Shown here in pieces: positions 37,620-44,638 of a stretch of 64,000 nt of DNA. Position numbers and translations under genes: made by a program. Numbering within the stretch: position 1 is the first letter of the stretch; each line of letters starts with the position of its first letter. Origin of the DNA: Armatimonadota bacterium (GTDB lineage Bacteria; Armatimonadota; UBA5829; DTLH01); assembly GCA_038207085.1 (NCBI GenBank), contig JBBRAE010000005.1, forward strand, positions 20,181-84,180, in the 5' to 3' direction. The notes under the pieces are model-generated. The model ran no database searches. It was not told the origin of the DNA and saw only the letters and a list, made by a program, of their open reading frames with translations.

Positions 37620-39095
37620 TTAAGCCTCCGTGGTGGGAATATTCTTGCCAAGCCCGGAGTTACCCGCCAGGCTCTTGATATTGTCGATAAAGTCTTTGTT
37701 CGCCGCAATATAGCGCCTCGTTAGCACGTGGCCGTAGGCGCGGTAGAACCATCCGTAAACCTTCATTCTGGCGTAGTCTCCCGCTTTCCGCCATCTGCCT
37801 ACAAAGACGTTTGCGAAGAAATGCGCGAAATCGGGCCGAACGAGCATCTTCGCGCACTGATACAGGCTGTAGAACCGCTTGGTCGCGATCATCATCTCCC
37901 GCTGCATCTCCCAGGCGTTCATGCTCTTGGGATTGTACACCACATGCAGCCCGTCGTAAAGCGACCAGTCCCGAGTGAGAAGACGCTTCTCCCGCTCCAT
38001 CTGCTCAAACACCGGCGTCCCAGGCAAGGGAGTGAGCGACATAAGCTGAACGGTATCAATCTTGTGTTTCAACGCAAAGTTTACTGTCTGCCTGACGGTG
38101 CTCACCGTGTCGTTCTCAGAGCCCAGGACGAACATGCCGTGGATCATTATTCCATTCTCATGGAAGACCTTGATCGACTCGACGATCTCCTCGACATTCT
38201 GCCCCTTGTCATACTCTGCCAGCGTCGCCGGGTTCACAGACTCGAAGCCGACATAGACATAGTAGCAGTTGCTCCGCTTCATAAGCCTGAGCAGTTCCCG
38301 GTCCCGGGTGACGTCGGCGCGCACCTGTGCGCTCCAGCCCGGAGTGACCCCGGCCGAGAGCATCTTGTCCAAGAGCTCCTTGGTGTGAGCGCGGTTTGCC
38401 GTGAAGTTGTCGTCGTAAAAGAAGACACTTTCAGCCCGAAGCGCCTTAAGCTCCTCAATCACGTTCTCCGCACTTCTGAAGCGATACCCGCGCCCAAACA
38501 TCCTCGTGACCGAGCAGAAGTTGCAGCCAAACGGGCACCCCCGCGAGGTCGCCACTGGTGTGACCGACATCTTTTCCCGGCCCCGTATAAGCGAGAGATC
38601 AGGAAACGGCAGCGAATCGAGATCACAGATCAGCCCGCGCGCGGCGTTGTGGACGATCTCATCGCCTCGCCTGTAGCTGAGCCCTTTAATGCCTTCGGGC
38701 TCCGAACCCGACTCAAGCGCGTCGATCAGCTCCCGAAACGCCTCCTCACCCTCGCCCCGCACGCAGTAGTCGGCGTGAGAAAGCGCCTCATCAGCCATAA
38801 AACTCACATGGCTTCCGCCAAGGACGACGGGAACACCAAAAGCGCGGGCCCTATCAGCGATGCGATAGGCCTCGGGCGCGGTCGACGTGGTAGTCGAGAT
38901 CCCGACGAGGTCCGAGCGACGCAGCTCTTCATAATCGATCGGCGCAAAGTCCTGGCAGTAGACGCTAACGTCGCGTCCCCGCGCTTTCTCCATCGCTCCA
39001 AGGAGCGGCAGACCAAGTCTCGGGAGCGCAACGCGGCTGTACACGTGGTACCCCGGCGCTTTGGGCTCGATTAGAGTGATCTTTTGGATATTCAT
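37620..39095 (-). CDS. B12-binding-domain radical SAM protein (class-B rSAM with C-terminal DUF4070-like region)
   Basis: N-terminal cobalamin-binding Rossmann domain (...DLVGISTTTSTAPEAYRIADRARAFGVPVVLGGSHVS). CxxxCxxC motif TSRGCPFGCNFCSV. 491 aa. Confidence 0.85.
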   Translation of the reverse strand: MNIQKITLIEPKAPGYHVYSRVALPRLGLPLLGAMEKARGRDVSVYCQDFAPIDYEELRRSDLVGISTTTSTAPEAYRIADRARAFGVPVVLGGSHVSFMADEALSHADYCVRGEGEEAFRELIDALESGSEPEGIKGLSYRRGDEIVHNAARGLICDLDSLPFPDLSLIRGREKMSVTPVATSRGCPFGCNFCSVTRMFGRGYRFRSAENVIEELKALRAESVFFYDDNFTANRAHTKELLDKMLSAGVTPGWSAQVRADVTRDRELLRLMKRSNCYYVYVGFESVNPATLAEYDKGQNVEEIVESIKVFHENGIMIHGMFVLGSENDTVSTVRQTVNFALKHKIDTVQLMSLTPLPGTPVFEQMEREKRLLTRDWSLYDGLHVVYNPKSMNAWEMQREMMIATKRFYSLYQCAKMLVRPDFAHFFANVFVGRWRKAGDYARMKVYGWFYRAYGHVLTRRYIAANKDFIDNIKSLAGNSGLGKNIPTTEA

Positions 39096-39112
39096 AGGCT
39101 GTCAGCTAACTG

Positions 39113-39226
39113 CTCCGTTGGTCGGGGGAATCCGTCCCCCGACCCCGTTCCGCGGACTCTATCCGCCAACCCAGTAATCGACGATCGCCGATAAGTGAGC
39201 TGGGGACAGATTCCCCGGACGAACAT
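39113..39226 (-). repeat. Family-B MITE-like repeat, copy 2 (inverted relative to copy 1), located between galT and the radical-SAM gene
   Basis: The reverse complement matches 14301-14441 minus the internal duplication. Confidence 0.7.
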
Positions 39227-39240
39227 GCCTTGCTAACAGC

Positions 39241-40227
39241 TCACTTTTCCGTATTAGGCTCCGCTGCGCGAAGTTCCGCCGCTTTTTCCTCGGCCAGCGT
39301 ATCGTTGATATACGCGCCCGCGCCGGACTCGCTTCCAGCCAAGTACTTCAGCTTCTGCGGAGTCCTGTACGGCGGGTAAAACTCGATATGGAAATGATAA
39401 AAACCACTGTAGTCCATGCCGTCGGTCGGCGTCTGGTGCAGCACCATCATGTAAGGAAGCGACATATCCCAGAGGTTGTCATACTTGCTCAGCATGGTCT
39501 TCAGGATGCTCGCAAGATCGTCCTTTTCTTTCTCTGTAAACTCAGGGAGCGAGCCCTTGTGAGCCTGCGAGAAGATGTGCACCTCATAGGGGTAGCGCGC
39601 GTAAAAAGGAATCGCCGCAAAAAACGACTCGTTCTCAACTACAACGCGCCGACCGTCCCTTTTCTCTTCGGCGACGATGTCGCAGACCACGCAGCGGCCG
39701 GTCTCTTTGAAATGCGCCTCAGCCCCATCGAGCTCGCGCTTGATGTGCGGCGGGACGAACGGATAAGCATAGATCTGGCCGTGCGGATGGTCGATCGTTA
39801 CGCCAATCTCTTTTCCCTTGTTCTCGAAGATGAAAACATAGTCGACGTAATCTTTCTGCCCGAGCTCGACAAAGCGATCGGTCCAGACCTCGATCAGTTT
39901 GCGGATATCCTGCTCGCTCTCACCGGCAAGGGAGCCATCGTGCCTGGACGAGTAGAGCACTACCTCGCAGACGCCGTCGGCGGGCCTTACTTTGTAGAGG
40001 TCGCTGCCCTCGACCGACATCTCCGGCGCGGGGTGCTGAAGCGACGGGAACTTGTTCTCAAAGACGACGACCTCGTAGTCCTCGCTTGGAATCTCCGTCG
40101 GAAACGCCCCGGGTTTGGTCGGGCAGAGCGGACAGTAGTCTTTGGGAGGCAGGAAGGTGCGGTCCTGCCGATGCGTAGCCGTAATCACCCACTCGCGCAG
40201 CAGTGGATGCCATCTAAGTTCGGACAT
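39241..40227 (-). CDS. galT: Galactose-1-phosphate uridylyltransferase (HIT-family, UDP-glucose:hexose-1-P)
   Basis: MSELRWHPLLREWVI...CPLCP...; HPHGQIYAYPFVPP (the HxHxQ HIT motif). Confidence 0.85.
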   Translation of the reverse strand: MSELRWHPLLREWVITATHRQDRTFLPPKDYCPLCPTKPGAFPTEIPSEDYEVVVFENKFPSLQHPAPEMSVEGSDLYKVRPADGVCEVVLYSSRHDGSLAGESEQDIRKLIEVWTDRFVELGQKDYVDYVFIFENKGKEIGVTIDHPHGQIYAYPFVPPHIKRELDGAEAHFKETGRCVVCDIVAEEKRDGRRVVVENESFFAAIPFYARYPYEVHIFSQAHKGSLPEFTEKEKDDLASILKTMLSKYDNLWDMSLPYMMVLHQTPTDGMDYSGFYHFHIEFYPPYRTPQKLKYLAGSESGAGAYINDTLAEEKAAELRAAEPNTEK

Positions 40228-40329
40228 TTACTTCTTGTCTCCGTTCTTGCCGTCATCGCTCTTGCCAAACGTGAAATAGATGAGTGTTCTCCCCCCGGAG
40301 ATCTCAATAACTTCCTTTTTCATATCCAT
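40228..40329 (-). CDS. Unlisted 33-codon small ORF (MDMKKEVIEISGGRTLIYFTFGKSDDGKNGDKK) translationally coupled to galT (TAA-ATG junction)
   Basis: Manual reverse-complement translation. GGGAGGAAAT RBS 9-12 nt upstream of the ATG. The stop TAA abuts the galT ATG. A sigma70 promoter and leader hairpin lie upstream. Confidence 0.35.
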   Translation of the reverse strand: MDMKKEVIEISGGRTLIYFTFGKSDDGKNGDKK

Positions 40330-40432
40330 CTCTGGCTATTTCCTCCCGTGACTATAAGCACAGCCGACACCAAAAACGGCGGTCCGGTAGGTCCGCCGCA
40401 GAGTCTTCAAAACAAATGCCTGTGCCAATTGT

Positions 40433-40462
40433 ATTTTAGGCCCTTCATGCCTCATTCGTCAA
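40433..40462 (-). promoter_or_regulatory. Sigma70-type promoter for the sORF-galT-rSAM-galK operon, followed by a terminator-like leader hairpin (40377-40398)
   Basis: Minus strand reads TTGACG-(18 nt)-TAAAAT. The leader contains CGGCGGacctaccggaCCGCCG then UUUUU before the sORF RBS. Confidence 0.45.
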
Positions 40463-40920
40463 TACGAACGCCTGTAGATCCAGGGCTAACGCATCTTGAC
40501 CGGCAACCAACGTAGTGCCCGTCCCGCCGCCGCGGCCTCTCGCATCACTTTCGATGATGCTGTCGGTGAGACCATCGGCGCGGAACGTGCCGAGCAAACG
40601 ATAGAATTTCATAAAGTTTTCCATTTGGCACAGCACCTTTGATACTGATGGCCTATCGCATTCCCTATCGGGAACGCTGTCGGCGAGGCGGGCGCGGCGA
40701 CCCGCCACTACGGGCGTTCGGCGCTGCCCGACAGCTAAGATACGTTCGCCCTGGTCTGTGGATAACATAGCTCTGCTATAAGTGGGGGATGTTGGGTATA
40801 ATGAATGTAACTTAGTGATAGCCGGCACAGATCGCAACGCTCGTCGAGAAAGAGGCTATTGTGCCTGAGTCCTTGCGTCTGATATCATTGTAGTTGAGGG
40901 GATCAGTTAGGAGGAAATGC

Positions 40921-41913
40921 ATGAGCAACTCTATGAACCGTCGCGATTTTCTGAAGATCACGGGAGCAGTCAGCATCGGGGCGGCAGCCCTTTCCATAGG
41001 CGGCGCGTCCGCTCTGACCAAACCCGTCGAGAAGAGATCGACCAAACTACCGCAGAGAGTCCTCGGGCGCACCGGCGAGAGCGTGAGCATTATCGGGATA
41101 GGCGGCGTAGGGATGATCGTCGAGGCCGAAGAGGAAGACGTTGTGTCGATGCTGAACGAGGCAATCGACATCGGAATCACCTACTTGGACACCTCCCCTA
41201 TTTACGGCAAGGAGCGCTTGAGCGAGCACAGGCTCGGCCTTGTCCTGGCAAAGCGTCGGAGCGAAGTCTTTCTTGCAGGGAAGTGCGAAGCGCGCAACTA
41301 CGACGGCATCATGAAAGACGTCGAGGAAAGCCTGAAAGAGCTTCAGACCGACCACTTCGACCTCCTCCAGCTCCACTACTGGCCGAACCGCAACGCCTGG
41401 AACGTCGACCCCTGGAATGTGCTCGGCGGGCCCAAGGGCGTAATGGCCGCGTTTGCCAAGCTCAAAGAGCAGGGCGTCATCAAATACTGCGGGCTGACCG
41501 GACACCCAATCGATAAGTTCGCGATGCGCGACGACATGCGCCGGGCAATCTCACGCTACGACTTTGACACAGTGCTCTGCTTCGTCAACCCCAAGCAGGA
41601 GAGCCTGTGGGTTACCCGCGAGCTGATCCCCGTCGCGCGCCGCAAGAATATGGGCGTCATCGGAATGAAGATGTTCGGCGGCGGCACACCGGGCGCGCTT
41701 GTCGGCAAGAAACCCGGACAGACCAGCGCGAAAGAGCTCTTCCGCTACGCGCTCAGCCAGCCGATACACGTCTCTATCCCCGCTGTGACGAGCATCGATC
41801 AGTTGAGGACAAACGTCGAGTGGGTCAAGGCCTTCAAGCCGATGACCGCAGAGGAGTCCAAGACCCTGATCGCTCAGGTAAACGTCCCTGGCGGCGCCAA
41901 ACAGATGATTTAG
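40921..41913 (+). CDS. Aldo/keto reductase with twin-arginine (TAT) signal peptide
   Basis: MSNSMNRRDFLKITGAVSIGAAALSIGGASA (TAT signal: RRDFLK followed by AxA). AKR fold (..GIGGVG.., ..IDTSPIYG.., LHYWP). AGGAGG sits 8 nt upstream of the ATG at 40921. An extended -10 TGgGTATAAT lies at 40794-40802. Confidence 0.8.
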   Translation: MSNSMNRRDFLKITGAVSIGAAALSIGGASALTKPVEKRSTKLPQRVLGRTGESVSIIGIGGVGMIVEAEEEDVVSMLNEAIDIGITYLDTSPIYGKERLSEHRLGLVLAKRRSEVFLAGKCEARNYDGIMKDVEESLKELQTDHFDLLQLHYWPNRNAWNVDPWNVLGGPKGVMAAFAKLKEQGVIKYCGLTGHPIDKFAMRDDMRRAISRYDFDTVLCFVNPKQESLWVTRELIPVARRKNMGVIGMKMFGGGTPGALVGKKPGQTSAKELFRYALSQPIHVSIPAVTSIDQLRTNVEWVKAFKPMTAEESKTLIAQVNVPGGAKQMI

Positions 41914-41986
41914 CCCGCTTTATTAGTGAAGCGAATAAAGCTTTCGCTAACAGAGCATTATTCACGCTACTCGTGAATAATGCGGG
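41911..41986 (+). repeat. Family-D repeat, copy 2 (near-palindromic; directly after the AKR stop)
   Basis: tagcccgctttattagtgaagcgaataaagctttcgctaacagagcattattcacgctactcgtgaataatgcggg. Its right half is roughly the reverse complement of its left half. Confidence 0.55.
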
Positions 41987-42055
41987 TTAGAAGTCACAAA
42001 TGGTTAGTCGCCAGGTGTTGTGGTTGACACACAATGCCTGGCTGCTGGCTACTAG

Positions 42056-42328
42056 TCACCCCCTCGCTGAAGCTATTTCGCGCTCCAATGCTTCCGCCAC
42101 TCTTTCGACCACACGCCCGCCCAGGGAGTCTTTGGCGCGGATGGTGATAGCTCCGCCCCTGCTCGATTGATCGAGGACGAGGTTCTTGCCGTCGATCACG
42201 ACGCCCCACACCCCTCCGCCGTCGATGATATTCGCAAACCCGAGATCGACACTTGAGCCGAAGCTCTCGCGCAGCACCAGGATGACCATCAGCGCGTCGG
42301 GCCAGTTGTATGTCTCGACATTTATCAA
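42056..42328 (-). CDS. Small hypothetical protein (90 aa), start overlapping the upstream stop
   Basis: The ORF overlaps the stop of 42325..42933, which looks like coupling. No recognisable motif. Coding status is uncertain. Confidence 0.35.
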   Translation of the reverse strand: MINVETYNWPDALMVILVLRESFGSSVDLGFANIIDGGGVWGVVIDGKNLVLDQSSRGGAITIRAKDSLGGRVVERVAEALEREIASARG

Positions 42329-42933
42329 TGGTCTATCGGGAGTATCCCGGCGATCACCTTGAACGGGACCAGCGCCGAGGCCGCAACGACCTCTTTGGAC
42401 GGCGCGCCCGAAACAATCGTCTCAGATAGCACGATCTGCATCCTGTAGTTGCCCGGCCGCAGATCACTTGACGGCTGGAGCCTGAGCGGAGCGCCGACGA
42501 ACCCTCCGCGGCTGATGCTCACCCAAAAACTCTGCATATCGACCTTGGAGTCGGTCTCTCCAGAATCAAGCATCTCTGCGACGAGTTTGCCACCCTGATT
42601 GAACACCCGCACTCTCCCAGGGCGCTCCACCGAGTCGACAAAAAACGGGTTGAAGACTCTCCGAGGCTGCCAGGCGCACCTGATCACGCACTGCGCCGCA
42701 AACCCATCGCCCGCCCGGTACTCGGTCTTATCGAGTGTGAACTCGACCGAAAGCCCTTCATAGTCCGAGGCCTCAGCGGGGCTGATCTTGGCAGAAGGCG
42801 AAACTGGAGACTGTTTATCAGCCTTTGGCACAGGGATCCTGAGCTTGGGCTGATCCTCAGGGGACGCGAGCGCGACGCCGCCAACCAAAACCGCGGCGAG
42901 CACTCCCACAACTATCGATAAAGCTGGTTTCAT
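42325..42933 (-). CDS. Secreted hypothetical protein
   Basis: Signal peptide MKPALSIVVGVLAAVLVGGVALASP. 202 aa. Confidence 0.55.
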   Translation of the reverse strand: MKPALSIVVGVLAAVLVGGVALASPEDQPKLRIPVPKADKQSPVSPSAKISPAEASDYEGLSVEFTLDKTEYRAGDGFAAQCVIRCAWQPRRVFNPFFVDSVERPGRVRVFNQGGKLVAEMLDSGETDSKVDMQSFWVSISRGGFVGAPLRLQPSSDLRPGNYRMQIVLSETIVSGAPSKEVVAASALVPFKVIAGILPIDH

Positions 42934-43081
42934 AAGCCGATTTCCCTTCGAGCAAGTCGCTCTGATGAGTCAGTATATCACGTTTGCCTCTCCCCCTGGA
43001 ACATTTACGAGTCCGAACCAGTCAAGCAAATACGCTCGCCAGGCACAAGACAATTACCTGCGCGCAGAGAGGGGTAGTACA

Positions 43082-44563
43082 ATGAACCTGAACCGCCTGT
43101 CTCTAATCCTCGCGACGGTCCTCGCTTTAGCCACCATCGCTCTATCGGCTCCGGCACCAGTCGCACAAATCGTCGGCCACTGGGGAGGGGCGTGTGACAA
43201 AACAGCCGTCTCAGAAGGATTCGCCTGCGTCAGCCGCGGCCTCGACCTTGTCACGCTCGATGTCTCCGACCCGACCCACCCAAAGGAGCTGGGGGAGACT
43301 GTGCTTCCCGCTCCCCCAGCGTCTATGAAGATCCGGGATCGCTATCTTTATGCAACCCTCGGGGAAGCCGGGATGCTGGTCATCGACATTCACAAGCCGG
43401 AAAAGCCGAGAATAGTCGCAAAGCTTGACACCCCCGGCAACGCGACCCAGTTCGACTTCTGCGGGCGATACCTCTATGTAGCCGACGGAAAAGATGGTCT
43501 GCAGATCATCGGGATAACAAACCCGCGCAAGCCGGTGCTGATCGTTGCGGCAGACTTGGGTCTTGTCGAACCAGTAGTAGGCATAGCCGTATCGGGAAAC
43601 ACTGCGTGCGTCACAAGCACTTCCGAATTTGTGGTGCTCGATACGTCAGACCCGGCCCACCCCAAAATAGCGAGTAAAATTAGCGATATAGACTATTATT
43701 GCCCCAGATTTGGCCCCGTAACGGTTTCCGGCACATGCGCCTATACCTTTGACGGCGCGGAAATGCGCTTCGTCGACATTTCGGACCCGACCAGCCCAAT
43801 ACTGGAAGATGACTATCTTACTCTTGACACATATGGCAGCAGGGCCGACTTCGCGGTGTCCGAAAACCGTGCATATATTGTTAGTTACCAAGCCTGGCCG
43901 CCAGTGTTTCGGGATCAGGGGCTGAACATCTTGGACATATCGGATCATTCCAACGTCAAACGCATCTACAGGACACCTGTCAGTGCAAAAGGGGTTGCTG
44001 TCGATGGTGGTTTGGTGTATATGTGTGGCACCACAGGTCTGTCTATCCTTGACCCGGGTGCGCTGCAACCACCACTTGCAGCAAACAATGGATATCTTAA
44101 TGATTCCGTGCAAGATATGGCGGTTCAGGGACAGTATGCGTACCTCGCAGTTGAACCCAATGTGCTTAAGGTAGTCGATATCTCGGACATGGCAGCTCCG
44201 GTTCTCAAGGGAGAAGCGCCCACCTCGTCCAAGCCCCAAGGCATAGCGGTCTCAGGAAGCTACGCCTGCGTCAGCACAAGCGAAAAATTGCAGGTCTTTG
44301 ACGTTTCAGTTCCCACCGCCCCAGTTCTGAAGGGAGAGGTAAGCTGCCCGCCTGGTCCTGTGGCCATCTGGACACACTACGCATGTCTCTATTCGAGCAA
44401 CAGGTTCTTTGTCATCGACCTATCGGACCCGGTGCACCCCGTTGTTACCGGCCAAACTATGCTATCACTTGGATCCTCAAAGACCAGACCCAAGGTCATC
44501 GCATCCGGAGGCTACGCGTATATAAGCAACTACACCTACGGGGTTGCCATAGTCGATATTTGA
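43082..44563 (+). CDS. LVIVD-repeat beta-propeller surface protein, N-terminal segment (ends at in-frame TGA 44561-44563)
   Basis: Start at MNLNRLSLILATVLALATIALSAPAP (signal peptide). At least 10 repeats of the ..G.A..V.V.G.YAYVA...GL.IIDISDP..P type. Confidence 0.75.
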   Translation: MNLNRLSLILATVLALATIALSAPAPVAQIVGHWGGACDKTAVSEGFACVSRGLDLVTLDVSDPTHPKELGETVLPAPPASMKIRDRYLYATLGEAGMLVIDIHKPEKPRIVAKLDTPGNATQFDFCGRYLYVADGKDGLQIIGITNPRKPVLIVAADLGLVEPVVGIAVSGNTACVTSTSEFVVLDTSDPAHPKIASKISDIDYYCPRFGPVTVSGTCAYTFDGAEMRFVDISDPTSPILEDDYLTLDTYGSRADFAVSENRAYIVSYQAWPPVFRDQGLNILDISDHSNVKRIYRTPVSAKGVAVDGGLVYMCGTTGLSILDPGALQPPLAANNGYLNDSVQDMAVQGQYAYLAVEPNVLKVVDISDMAAPVLKGEAPTSSKPQGIAVSGSYACVSTSEKLQVFDVSVPTAPVLKGEVSCPPGPVAIWTHYACLYSSNRFFVIDLSDPVHPVVTGQTMLSLGSSKTRPKVIASGGYAYISNYTYGVAIVDI

Positions 44564-44638
44564 AAACCATCTGCTCCTGTCCAAGTTGGCGGATACCCGT
44601 GCAACACGCTAACGAGCTTTGAGATCAAAGGCAATACT

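Noticed and set aside
37728-39074. 448-aa plus-strand ORF antisense to the radical-SAM gene. Similar long antisense ORFs occur at 54823..56058, 52812..54008, 39388..40515, 26478..27362, 13426..14085, 9704..10522 and 22011..22925.
   Set aside because: Arg/Pro/Ala-rich, low-complexity translations that lie entirely inside well-supported genes on the other strand. They are typical shadow ORFs of a high-GC genome.
40620-40660. Possible sigma54 -24/-12 element TGGCACagcaccTTTGAT upstream of the AKR gene.
   Set aside because: The -12 element does not match GC (TTGA rather than TTGC), it is 250 nt from the start, and a better extended -10 sigma70 promoter (TGgGTATAAT, 40794-40802) lies closer.
40445-40837. 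130-aa minus-strand ORF between the galT and AKR promoters.
   Set aside because: Its 3' end overlaps the -35 of the sORF-galT promoter. The composition is non-protein-like and there is no RBS. The region is better explained as a divergent promoter region.
42056-42328. Possible Mop/TOBE-domain assignment for the 90-aa protein.
   Set aside because: The Gly/Val pattern is only vaguely similar. There is no confident motif, so it is left as hypothetical.
44564-44638. Treating the two LVIVD ORFs as independent genes with a 75-nt spacer.
   Set aside because: The spacer is in-frame and encodes a continuation of the repeat unit. There is no RBS or signal peptide for the second ORF, so a single interrupted gene is the better model.
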